Assembly (NCBI GenBank): GCA_002633005.1
Contig: NMRA01000125.1
Coordinates: 199,624 to 254,583, forward strand
Direction: 5' to 3'
DNA length: 54,960 nt
Origin: Phoronis australis
Lineage: Eukaryota; Animalia; Phoronida
A model generated the notes under the pieces. It was given only the letters and a program-made list of their open reading frames with translations. It was not told where the DNA came from and ran no database searches. This document shows positions 25,707 to 37,708 of the stretch, one piece after another; within the stretch, counting starts at the first letter, position 1, and the number at the start of each line of letters is the position of its first letter. The translations under genes were made by a program, and so were the position numbers.

Positions 25707-28375
25707 CATTGATTCATGATGATGGTTTTATGTCAATAAACTGAAACATTGACAAGCTGGATTATGAATTGAGTCTCAGTTTTCGTTTTCAATTTTTTTC
25801 CTGTTACTATGGCCAAGAACAAGTTAACTCCTGCAACAAGTTGTGGAGAGGTTTGGTTGTAGTGTAGAATGCTGTTTGCACTGAGGCGACTTGATACATG
25901 TGTAGAAGTAACTTGTAGGGAAACTTGTCCCAGCACCTACAGACAAGGTGGAAGTTGTCACCAACTGCATGCTTGCTCAGTTACATACATGCGTGTGTCT
26001 GATCCTTCTGGTGTCATATTTGTCACTATAGGTGTAAGGTTTGTAATATGGACGCTCCACGGACTGTGGCTATATTGCTTTAGGACAAGTTGTACTAGGG
26101 TAACTCGTAGTGTGGACATATTTTCAGAATCATCAGGCAAAGCCAACAATTCCCACCACCTGGATTCAACTCTCCTTTTCTGTGGTAGCAGAGAAACGCA
26201 TGATTGACCTAGTTTTCAAAGGGAAGGGTCGTTAGTGCTCTTTGAGCCAAGTCAGATTAGTGGAGAACGATTTGTCTCGCTCCACTCAGCTTTTGGCTTT
26301 GGCAGTAATTCTGCATTACGGTTACTTCTTCACCTGTTTACCACACAATATGGCGGACAAGTTAAGAATTTCCCTGATGTTGGTCTGGAAATGGGGAGGT
26401 TTTGGGGAAATTTCGTTCTGTACGCTTAGAGTTTAAAGGGTAATGTTACCTTAACTGTTTTTGGCAATGTGGCATTTTTACTCTGAAGTGTATTTTGAAC
26501 CTTTAGATGTTTTTTATCAAGCAGAAGTATGACACTGTGAGTGCACACTGTGTGTCTGTGATCATCTGAGTTAGTGTTGTATTAGTTTTATTACCCATTT
26601 CTGGCATCATAGCGTCGTCAAATGGCAATTTTTTTCATACTAGGGTAAGTTTTGAAGGTCGACTGGTATCTCGGTCATTGAGCAAAAATTAGCAGAACAG
26701 AAAAACGAGAGAGCATATCTTATTTACTCAGACCTGGTAGACATTTTTGTAACTTGTTCAATGCGTCACACTTCCACTTTGAGGCTCTAAGTACCTTTTA
26801 TGGAAAGTAATATCACATATGCCTAATTAACCAGAAACGCCTCCAAAAAGGCAATATTCCCCTTGAGCCATGTGTATAACCATTAACATTTGAGATAGTT
26901 GTTTTTTGTTTTGTTTTTTGAATAACTTCATCATAAAGTTGCGCATGACAACTCACTGGCGCCAAAACACTTCTGTTGTTATGTTAGAATTCCAATGGAA
27001 GTTGTTGTTGTCAGTCGTAACGTTTAATCGTATAACCCAAGAGATCGAGTCGTTACAGTAAAAATTGTTCATTTTAGGCTCAACTCAGCACACCCAGGAG
27101 CCGGCTACCGGTAGACCTTCTTCAAACTGACCTGTGAGGAAAATTTTATGGATGGAAGTTGGAACTTAAAGGACATTTGCATTTCTGTTATTCTGCGCTG
27201 CTGAATGCAGAGAAGGTATGGGGAGATGAAGATTCTTGCCTTATTGAGTGTCGTTAGGATGCTTGAACTCTCAGACCAGATTGTGCATTTACATTTTTTC
27301 ATTTCTTGGATTGTAGCTGTGCAAAGTAAGTTGACTGTTGTCACAGGTTATAGTAAGACTGCCCAAATGTGCCTACCTGGAATTTCTGAAATCTGCCGTG
27401 TATGAAAGCCCATGGGCATTTATTTGGTACTTTGTTGAGTCTGCCTATGGCTTACTTTTGTGAACAGGAGTTATTTCATTTGTTTCTATTTTGACTGTTG
27501 TCCAAAAACAAAGGTTTATATTGAGCAAAACAGGTTATTTTTCAAATGTATGGACTTGAATTTCATTTCCAACGAAAACGTACCTGACGTCCTGCTGCTT
27601 AACTTTTGACCGATTGTATTCAACTCAAAGTATGTATATATCATCACATGGTGATGCTGTGTGTAAAAATCTGTTTATATGCCCCCATTTCCTGAGAGTA
27701 AGTCCAGGTATAGAATGATTCACGACATGAGCTAACATTATTTCATCATGGCTTTGACCACATGTAGGTGTTTTGTAGAAGTAAAAGGTATCGTAAACAT
27801 TTAATTTGTTAGTAACGAGATTTCCAGTTACATGTAATTTGCCTTGTGGTGGTGTTGATTTCAGGAGAGGCGTAGATGAGCGTATCCCACGGTTACTTTA
27901 CAGTCACACTGTTTATGTTTTTAAAAAGGTGTAAAAATGGTCTGTGGAAACATAAATACACACATATTATAAACATTATTTCGATATCAAAGACAAAATG
28001 GTGAGGGGCGCATACAATTTTTGTGTCCCTAAGCATGGAACTGTCGTTGGGTATGAAAAAAAAATGTCGCTAGCCACATCCACGCAAATTTAACAGTGTA
28101 ATTAGTACTGTTACTACTAAATTACTGATTCTCTGTCATTTAGAAAACTGAAACTTAACTGAGGCAGTGAAGGTGTCGCTATTTTTGATTTGATAAATGT
28201 TCTCTTTTTGATACATTGGAGTCACAGACCCAAAGTTTAGTGTCAAAATTTATTAAATTTGTGTCGTAAATCGCAGCATACCCGGTAGCTGTGTTAAAGG
28301 TTTTGCTTGACATTAGAGTGTTCCCTATCTTTGTTGTACTTACGATTTGTCACTGATTTTGTTTTGCTGTAAAGT

Positions 28376-28445
28376 TTATTATATTATATTATATTATATT
28401 GCATTATATTATTATATATTATTTCCTATTATCTTATATTATTTC
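28376..28445. repeat. (ATATT)n microsatellite
   Basis: Degenerate ATATT pentamer run. Confidence 0.8.
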
Positions 28446-29918
28446 ATTAGTGCAATTCTAGCTTAGATGTTATTTATTTATTTTCCTGCTTTATGTTATT
28501 TGTTTATCTGTAGATTGTTTATCACTAGTAGGCTCATAGTGCTTGTGGGTGGAGGATGTGTGTAGGCCAACCAACAGAATCTTTGCATCACTAATAATAT
28601 TCAGGACCTCCCGATATTCTCTTGCGAATGTTGACAATATCTTAGTTTTGAAACTGAGCAAGAAGTGATGTAACGTGGTTAATACAGTCAGTGTTATTGG
28701 TGAAAAATGAACTACAGATTATTGCCTGTCATGACAGGGAAGTAGAATTTTTGTCCCCATACTCATGTATGTATAGCAGGATTTCCTTGCGCTGTGTGAG
28801 ACTTAATTACCATATTTCAGTTCTACATTATCCATGTTTTATAAGAATATGTTGGTTGGTGCCACAAAGTCATTTCGTTTTTTCATATACCTCTGGCTCT
28901 TGCCATTATTTCCTTCAAAATTATTCTTCTCTTCAACAAAAACTGTGAATTGAAATACCAGGTAGAAATTTGTACCTGCTTAATTCCTTTGCCTGCCTGG
29001 ATAATACTGCTATTTACCAAGGGCACTTCTTTAGGAGTAAACCTGATATGGTAAACTTTCACCAACTTCAGAGGAAACTATTTGCAAGGATTTAATCTTC
29101 TTAAGTTTTCAGATCGTTTCAACGTTGTTGTAAAAATGGATAATTTCTCTCAACAGCCTCTTTAGTTGTTATGGTATATAACTTAAAGATGACAAAGCAT
29201 TTAATATTCTTTTGAAAAAAGTTTTAAAAATTTCGCTCAGCAGCCATATTTCGCCCTGAATTGGTGAAATTTTACAGTTTCCTTGGCAATGGCTTGTGTA
29301 AATGTCAGAAATCCCAGAAATCCAAATACTAGTTATGTAACATTACAACTCAAGTGTTGAAATGCTGGCTGAATGAATGTGATTGTCGGGTTGCATCCTG
29401 GAGATGCAAGACTTGCGAGGAAAGTTGGTGTGATCACGTGCTTCGCTTGTAGTGCCTAGTATGTATCAAAGGCTTACCTGATCATACCTTTTCAGGAGAA
29501 ACTTGCTGTTCAGAATACACTGATGTGCTTTATTGTATTGCATTGTATTCTATTGTATTGTAAATACATGTAAGGTTTTTCAGTTTCATCAGGCTTGCAT
29601 TCATTTATTGTAGAATTTGAAACTTGTTTTATGAGTCAAGAGTAAAAAGTCTAATTCGTTAGTATTTGAAGGGCGAAACGCATCTTTAATGGTATCAACG
29701 AAAAATAAAGATCAAATACTATACAACATGTGGATATTCCAGATTTGAAAACATCCCACGAAGCTTTACAATTTTAAATATTTAACAGTAAACTTTTCGC
29801 CATGACTCACAAATTGTCTAGTAAAACGCATAATTGCTCTCAACAACGTTGGTTTTTTTGTCAAAATAGTAGCAAGAGTCTAATCACAAGCGCACACGTG
29901 AAGATTGACATATCCAAA

Positions 29919-29958
29919 TTCAACGTTTCGTTTATTACAATCAAACTATCTTCAGGGA
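29919..29958 (-). ncRNA. Second, slightly degenerate minimal hammerhead motif
   Basis: Minus strand UCC-CUGAAGA-UA-GUUU(GAUUGUAAU)AAAC-GAAA-C-GUU-GAA. Confidence 0.45.
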
Positions 29959-30043
29959 GAAGTATTACGACAGTGTCAAATCAAAATACAGTATGTGTAT
30001 TGTCACACTGCTCGTGATCGCGTCGGAAATCCTGTCGTACTAC

Positions 30044-30084
30044 TCCCTGAAGATGGTTTGTTTGTAATAAACCGAAACGTTGGA
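30044..30084 (+). ncRNA. Minimal type I hammerhead ribozyme motif (PLE-type)
   Basis: UCC-CUGAAGA-U-GGUUU(GUUUGUAAU)AAACC-GAAA-C-GUU-GGA: stem I UCC/GGA, core CUGANGA, 5-bp stem II, GAAA, loopless palindromic stem III and a GUU triplet. Confidence 0.6.
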
Positions 30085-31759
30085 TTTGGATATGTCAATC
30101 TTCACGCGTGCGCTTGTGATGATTACTCTCGTTTCAAAGTCAAACTAACCGCGCCCGTCCATCAGTAACAATAGGTCTACATCAATGTACAATAGAAAAC
30201 GTGATTCGTTACTTTATCAAACTCATCACGTTTTCTAGACGTCGCCTCTTAAAGAAAGAACGCATTTTCACCACAATTTATTGAGTTGAGTTGAATGATG
30301 ACAGATGAACTGGGAAGTTACCGTAATTGTATAACAAACTTTATAGTAATAATTGTTTCGCTCAAACAGTAATCAGTGGCACTTAAACTATACTACACAG
30401 ACAGATGGGAACACCTAAAAGAATTAGAAATACCAATAACGTCGAACAGCGCAGAGACTAGGCACTACGTGAATGAGAACAAAAAAGAAGACAAAAAAAG
30501 AATATCGCCAGGAAGTAGGCCCCCATTGTGTACAGAACAAGTTTTTACTTTTTTACATTATGCATGGAAGTAGCATTAAAAAATAATAAAAACCACGCCT
30601 TTTGTCAACAATTTTTGATTTAAACCACTTAAAATGGTCTTGTTTTTTTACTTAAACAGTTTCGGAGTGTGCTTGGTCTGAACTGGGAGTAATATATTGG
30701 TCATAGGACTGAAGAAGTCCCAAACTGTCAGTTCTTGGCGAGTTCAGAAATCACACTTATTTTGACTAAGGAACAAATGGAGACAAGCTTCAAAACAATA
30801 AGGGGGAAAATCGAAACCTTGTTTTTGACATAATGCACGAGTTTAAATATTAAAAATGTTAGCAAAGTTTTGAAGCTGGATTAATATCCTGTTTCAAAAA
30901 CGCTTTTTATTCCGTTTTAAAAGTTATGGAAATACGTTATTATTCACATATTAGTGTTAGGTGAAAAAGTTCAAAATATTACAAAGGAATTTCAGAAGAA
31001 CAACAGATACATAAAGATATTCTTCATTTTTTCGTAAATTACAGTCATTTACATGCTTTATCCTTCTCTACCATTTTTTATCAAGTTTATAATAGGCTCA
31101 GAATAGTTCCAGTGCTGTGGCCGTTTTGTTGGTGTGGCTAAAAATTCTATCAATTAGATTTACTTTAAAAAATGTCAGGTGAAAGAGCATCATTTTGTGT
31201 CGAAATGGGTTAGCATTAAAATTCGTTTTACATTTTAAATTAGAATGAAGAGGAAAGATTACGAGGTGCATTTCACTGGATATAATTAATTTGTTGCAAT
31301 TAATTTGTGTCCCCAAACATTAATAATACATCTTTAGACGATAAAAAATCCGATATATAGATAACAAATACGCAGACAAGCTTGAATCGATATAAATTAA
31401 ATTACCCTAAGTGGGACATTATTCGTGATTGGTACGATATTCAATTTGTAGAATATCCCTGTCTGCAAATATCAAAATATAAATATTAATCGAAATGGTA
31501 CCCCTTATTGTACCTAAATTCACGCGATACGTGGGGTGGTCCAAAGATGTCATGGATTTTAAGACATTTACAAAATTTTCGGTTCGTGCTTGCATTTTTG
31601 TTTTACTCCTTGCCATCCGGGTAGATGACATTTTCACCCGAGTGAAAAACAAATCCCCAAAACGTAAACGGAGTTCAGAACCCCGACCGTCGCTGTCTAC
31701 GACAGACTGCACCAGTGAAGCACGGAAGTCTAAAGTAGATCATTTTACGCACCACTCCA

Positions 31760-31924
31760 AGCTAATAATTAATTATGTTGGGGAAATTCAATTAATGTAT
31801 TTTAGCGCACCTGATCATGGAATTCGTATATATAAATGGCTAGCACATATTTCAATCATGACTTTCTAAAATCAAGGACAATCGCCGTGACGCGTTACAA
31901 GTTTTAAGGCAAATACAAAAACAG
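31760..31924 (+). promoter_or_regulatory. Probable promoter and non-coding exon 1 of the neuropeptide gene
   Basis: Clustered TAAT/TAATTA homeodomain motifs at 31763-31798, TATATATAAA box at ~31827-31836, and a consensus donor CAG/gtaagt at 31924/31925. The ATG exon begins at an acceptor (33031/33032) only 2 nt before the ATG. Confidence 0.6.
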
Positions 31925-33033
31925 GTAAGTAAGCGATATGTTGATCAATAATTGGTTGAGAACTACAGACATTTTCTGTACGACTAAAAGACAAGTATTT
32001 AAATGTAATCTCGTAGTCTGTTCCTGTAATTAGCTAAGGTATTATCGAACTTTTTGTATGATTCAATAGTGTCCGAAATTCATTTCTTTCAAACCTTCGA
32101 AATCAAAAGTATTTGTTTTTGCATGACGTTAAGCTAACTTGCAAATTGCTCGAGACAAAAGTAGATTGCAAAATATGGTAAGCTATTGCCAACTCCAGGT
32201 CCTCAATTTCTCAAAATAAATTTTCAAGGGCTTGTGAAATAATGGTGAAACATTTGTTTGTAGAAGTTAACGAGGAAACACTTGTAGGCCACGTCCGGCC
32301 GTCGAAATTGAGTTATAAGTTTATTGCCGTACCTAATTTTTATCCAAATGGAAATATCCTTTTACATGTGTATTTAACATTTTTTCAAACCTACTTCAGT
32401 AACAGACAATACAGCGAAAATCGAAAATTATGTGTGTCAAAGTGTTTTTAAGGAAGTCCTGTTTTGAATGGATAAACTGTCACCGCATTTTCCCAGACTG
32501 AAATGAAAAATGATCTTTTCTGAATTCGCCAAAAGGGCGTCCTTAATATTGTGAGAATAAGAAATTTGCTTTTCTAGCGTTACTGATTCAAAGTTGGGGC
32601 GGCGTATTTCAGACATGCTCGGGTAGTACTCACCTATATCTATAAGTAGGGTAGAGGATGTTGCTGGCAAATTATGGTCTTCACCTATTTAGAGAATAGA
32701 CTGGACCTTCTAAGAAAATGTTATACTGTCATATGGTTTTAATCACAACATTCTTTCATAAGGGTTAATTCTTGGACACCTGTATGAATTTTAACTCCCA
32801 CTGAAACAGTAGGGGCATATAAAGTAAAAATGAGTTCATCTTGTCAAAACGAAAGTTTAAAAAAATGTCAGAGAAGGGAACCTTTCGGACATAGGTTTGT
32901 CAGAATAGGGACTCTTTTGTTAGTGGGAACTTGCCTTAAAAAATCACCCTTCTGAGGGGTACGTCTCGTGTACTATATGGAAGTAATACTCGCAAAGGTA
33001 CAAAGAATTGACCTGTTTGAATTGTTTTCAGGA

Positions 33034-33171
33034 ATGAACACCGTCATCTTAATCGCGTGCTTGGCTGCATTGTTTTCAGTCCCTTCTCTCGGGTGCTTTA
33101 TTTGGAACTGTCCGATACAGCGAGTAGGCAAACGTATCCAAATCTCCACTACCCAACGTGAAGTTGTTCAG
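33034..33171 (+). CDS. Neuropeptide coding exon 1: signal peptide, hormone (33094-33126), GKR (33127-33135)
   Basis: A 20-aa hydrophobic signal ending S-L-G is followed directly by C-x4-C-P, then the amidation/convertase site GKR. Donor CAG/gtacat. Confidence 0.93.
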
Positions 33172-36100
33172 GTACATATTTGAACGTCCGTTCACTTTTA
33201 TTTATTAACATGAAGAAATTGCATTGCAGGTAATATTAAGTTCAGATGAAGAATTTTTACTGGAACGCAGGCTTAAGTCTGATAACTGAGAAAACATGTG
33301 CCATGGCGTCTTACCGTAACATATTGGTAAATAAGGTCATGGCCATACAGGAGAAATGCTGCAACGACTTCTATCATAAGACCTTAACGGCTTATACCAA
33401 TCTTACGGTACGTAACAAATTGGCATAGAAAAGTTTACTAGAGGAGACGAGACAAGTGAGAACGCATCCTCCTCCTCATCTTGTTTATCCGCTCCCTTCA
33501 TTCGCCTCCACGGTTTCGCCTCTTCACCCCGCCGGGCCACCAGATTTATGCTCCAATCCCCTCGTCGTAGACTGCAAAACACAAATTAGTGATTCGTTCC
33601 GGTTGTTCATTGGGCTTACGAGGCACTTTACCTTCTCCTACGCCTTTGTAATTTAATGTGCAAATTGATCATATCCTGGTCAAGCACTAAGTAACTTAAA
33701 GAGACACCCCTAGCGTCTGATTCGGTGCGAAGGATAATGAAAGGGTAGATTAGCTAGAAGTCTGACGATTGTTCACATGTGATGATTTTTTCAGGCAGCG
33801 GATCAGAGTCCGACATGACTTCTGATCGGACGGTATGTGAATCGTTAGACAATCTCCAAAATGCGTAGAATTCTTACAGAGTGACCACCACACACTTAGT
33901 AAACAGTTTCCCTTCACGACTTACTTCAAAGGTTACTGATCAGAAAGAAGACGTCTGTGCTCGGAATCAATATGAATAGTGTCCATTTCTCGGTTTAACC
34001 TCTGCAACGCTGAGCGGGGCCGAAATCAACTTCATTAAACAAAGTTATAGCTTATAGATACATGTATATCCGAAAAAGTCTGCCCTGTTCGAGGCTTTTT
34101 CCACTCATAGTGATTAACCTTCATGAAACAGGACCCAAAGATATTTTAATTTTTTATGACGGATTTTGTGATCTCATAATGAAAAAGAATGTAAGCAGAA
34201 AATACACCAAAAGACTTCACTTTACGCATGGCCATGGGTTCATAACTAAGATTAAAGGTAGGAAATGGAAGAGTAATCAGGGTAACTGAAAACAGATGTG
34301 TACGTCACAGTCAAATCTTTTGCAGTGTCTTCCTTGCGGAATATTCGGCGCAGGTCGTTGCGTTACGGAGAATCACTGCAACCATCCTACCCAAGGCGTT
34401 TTTGAATTCGAGAGATGTGCAGCAGAGAATGAGATTGAAAGGCCATGTCACGTGTTGGGTCGGGACTGCAGCTCAGCAGACCTGAGATTTGGGAAATGCG
34501 TAGCAGACGGCATGTGCTGTGGAGAAGGTGAATACTTCCTTTCGTTTTTATATTGATGACTCAGAGAACAGGGGCAGATCCAGAAATTTGAGCTAGGGTG
34601 GTAAAGATCACCGATCTGTAAATTGATGTAAAATCAATATGTAAAAACGTCCTTAAAGGGCCACAATCTGTTTTACCCCAGAAAAGCGCTAACTGGCCAT
34701 GGCTACTAGTTGGGAAAAGTTTAGGGACCATGGGCCCTAATGAATCTACAACGAGGACTGACGCTAATTTGAAAAACCTTCTCATAAATGCTTGGAGTTG
34801 ATTATTCACTAAAAATACTAGCTGCCAAGTTTTCCTACAATCCTACGAAGAAATTAAATTGCCAGAAGTAAAGCTAAGAGATGGTAAATGTTGAAGACGG
34901 GTCTACATCTGTGAGAAATGTTCAATTTAGATTTTCCAAAAAAGAAAGGAACGTTTGTAGTAAGGCATATTTCAACACTTCAAGCAGGAAATATCTCGAG
35001 TGAAACGGAGTCCACTAGAAGTGTTGGTGGAAATCTCTTTATACAACTGGGCTCTCTGTCTTGGCAAGCACTTCTCAAAACTTTTCAACGGTTTATTATA
35101 TGATTTATTATATTTTGTTTCCAAAAGGAGAGAAATATTGCCAAATGACTGTAGTTTCTCCTTTCGCGAGTGAATCTATGACAGAGTTAACACTATATGC
35201 GTTTCGAACAAAAAATCATGCATCTACACAAGTCGTTCCTACTTCAGTACTAGGCGCATCTCAAAATGACATGAGTGGGACTTGTAGTAGCCAAAGGTTA
35301 ATAACTAAACTAAAGTTTTATTAAGACTGCATGTATAACATCAAAATAAGGCAAGGAGACTTTCAAAAGGCTAAGAAGCCGCATCCATGAAAGCCACCCA
35401 TGTCTTGTTGGTCAAAAATAAACAAAATATTCGTTTCAACAAATTATCTCACTACATGAGCAAAACAACAACCTGTTTCTAGTATCAACAAACAAAAAGA
35501 TTATATATCTATTTAAAATGTGTACATGTACAAGGGACAAATAATTAGGTATTACAATGCAAACAACTGAGGCAATAATGGGAGAAACTAAAATAAGGTA
35601 TAGATCAAGAATGATATAACCTAAACTTTAACACGTTTGGCCCAACAAATGAGAAAAATGAATACGTTATACTTCATGTTATACAACGTATGTGTCTGCA
35701 CCACTAGTCACTATATGGAGATTGGTGATATGCAAAAGCATCCCAACGAGTGCAAAGCACGAGTTCAAATACCTTTGCACAACACAAATCGTGATATAAC
35801 AACAGACTTGGTACAAACAGGTACGTTGTATAACATTTGAATCCTTCCCTTTTACAAGTTTTGATTTGTTTTGAGTTGGTTGGAACTGACACTATACAAG
35901 ATTTAACGACTTTTTAGAAAATTTGATTTTTTCAAAAAAACATATCTATTTTAATCGACAAAATATACTCCGACACAAGTAGGGGCCTTACGACCAGTCT
36001 TACGTCCAGTCTTATGACCACAACTAAAACATTTACGAGCACGACTAAAACATTTACGACCATGGCTAAAACATGGCCAATAAGAGTGCTGCGTGATCCT

Positions 36101-37708
36101 TATTTGTAGATTGGGGTCGACAAATCCCTCTTGGGTTTGTTTTTGTGATTATTTAGCAATTTCGTATCCATCAAAACACAATATCAAATACAAGAACCAA
36201 TAGAACGTTTTTGGAAAATGCGATTCTTTTTGATAATTGGTGCGGTGAAGCGGTATTCTTAGTGGTACAAAAACTCATCCGACATGAGCTCAGTGTGGTT
36301 AGGGATCGTTTCCTAGCTTCAACGGTTCAGTGACGCCGTTGGCAGTGATCCGGCACACCGGTGAAGGGGGAGGGTCTGGCCGCGACTCGAAACCGCTCTA
36401 CTTGTCTTTGGAAACCTGTTCATTATATGACCGTGAAAAAGGACCACTTCTTTCAGCGACATTAAACCCGTGTTTTCAGACAAAAACAAGTCTAGACTTA
36501 GACTAGTCATCATCACGGAATTGGTGTTCAATTGTTCCCAAGTGAAATTAGACACCAGGGCTTTGAATGAACTAACACCAAGTTATTCCTCGAGATAGGG
36601 CGGGGTTTGAATAAATAACTGCCAATTCGTCCCAAACTCCGAGATCACTTCTAGACTAAGCAAGGGACAAGAAAGGAAAATTTTTTATAACGGTAAGTCA
36701 CCTAAACCAAATCTTGTTTTGTGACTGAAAGCCAAACCGCTTTAAGATACGTCTGTGTAGCTTTTGGAAAAGTGATGCGGGAACGCATTTTTTTATCTTT
36801 GAGGAGCACGTTTCAAAACGAGTCGGGCGCAGACTAGAACCACTATTATTTTTTGTCTTATCTGGCTTTTAATGAGTTAAAAACTCATTTCATTCATGTT
36901 TGGAATAAAACCATTGGATAATTACTTTCTATAGCAGTACACAGTGACCGCTAACCTCAACGTCACGCTATACTCCCTGAATGGATGGGCACAGGTTGTC
37001 ATAGACCGGTGCTAATAGCTTTCGGTAACTAAAGACAGGTTCGAGTTAATTATTTTATTACCTTCTATGCTCCAGCCAGTGCTATGAAGCCTTGACATGT
37101 GAACAACTCCCGACGTCCTTTCAGCAACTGTTACACTGTCTCGTTCATCCAATAACCTGCTGCCCCTCGTAGCTGGGGTTACATTAACTAACGCTGTAAT
37201 TGCCGATTCGGTAACTGCAACTCAACTGTATCTAACTAAACTCAACTCGACTCAACTTTTTCAACTTACAGCTTTTTCAACTCAACTGACTGTCCCTAAC
37301 CCGTGCCTGGGTATTTATAGTCGCTTATAATGTTCTAGAACGTTTCAGTAACACAAACACGTTTCAGAGCTTTTCGCAATAGGTTATAGAATGTTCTAGA
37401 CTGTGGTTCTACTTTAACCACTAATATACTAGAATCTTCCAGAATGTTCTCAAGTAATCTGTTGTAAACATATTACATCACCCCACTTACCTGACCTATT
37501 GTGTCATGTTAATCAATTGCTAACTTTTTGAACTAAAACCAGGAAAGCCTACTTGTGACACTCACAATGTAACTTTTACCGTTGACGAGCCAGAACGTGC
37601 GACTGCATAGCGGATTAACCACAAATCACTGATTTTGTAGGTGGCTGTATGAAGGACACCAAATGTGTGAATGTGATGACGTCACTGGAAAATGAATACA
37701 CGACGTAA
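33034..37708 (+). CDS. Vasopressin/oxytocin-superfamily neuropeptide-neurophysin precursor (135 aa; predicted peptide CFIWNCPIQRV-amide)
   Basis: Exons 33034-33171, 34326-34527 and 37641-37708 with intron phases 0 and 1, at the same positions as in vertebrate AVP/OXT (Q|CLPCG and after CCxx). Protein: MNTVILIACLAALFSVPSLG-CFIWNCPIQRV-GKR-IQISTTQREVVQCLPCGIFGAGRCVTENHCNHPTQGVFEFERCAAENEIERPCHVLGRDCSSADLRFGKCVADGMCCGEGGCMKDTKCVNVMTSLENEYTT. Confidence 0.93.
34326..34527 (+). CDS. Neuropeptide coding exon 2: neurophysin core
   Basis: ttttgcag acceptor; CLPCG..G.GRC, RC..EN, PC and GKCVADGMCC motifs; 202 nt; phase-1 donor G/gtgaat. Confidence 0.93.
36960..37480 (-). mobile_element. LTR-like fragment with heat-shock elements and TATA box, antisense in neuropeptide intron
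   Basis: The minus strand starts TGATGTAAT at 37480, then nGAAn arrays (37431-37450, 37388-37401, 37332-37346), TATAAATA (37319-37312), AGTTG repeats and AATAAA (~37058-37053). The left boundary and TSD are not resolved. Confidence 0.55.
37641..37708 (+). CDS. Neuropeptide coding exon 3: neurophysin C-terminus
   Basis: ttttgtag acceptor in the correct phase. It supplies the last two cysteines (GCMKDTKC) and TAA; AATAAA signals follow at 37936, 38106 and 38193. Confidence 0.85.

Larger units (their letters stand above)
29881..30124. mobile_element. Inverted pair of Penelope-like terminal repeats
   Basis: Inverted arms of ~92 bp (29881-29972 / 30032-30124), each carrying CTGAAGAT...GAAACGTT, the characteristic end motif of Penelope-like elements. 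Confidence 0.65.

Noticed and set aside
22300-29800. An additional gene or second neuropeptide paralogue in the intergenic region (e.g. ORFs at 25141 and 25869-26207 with scattered Cys)
   Set aside because: No C-x4-C/GKR or neurophysin cysteine pattern, no phase-consistent exon chain and no recognisable domain. A lncRNA cannot be excluded.
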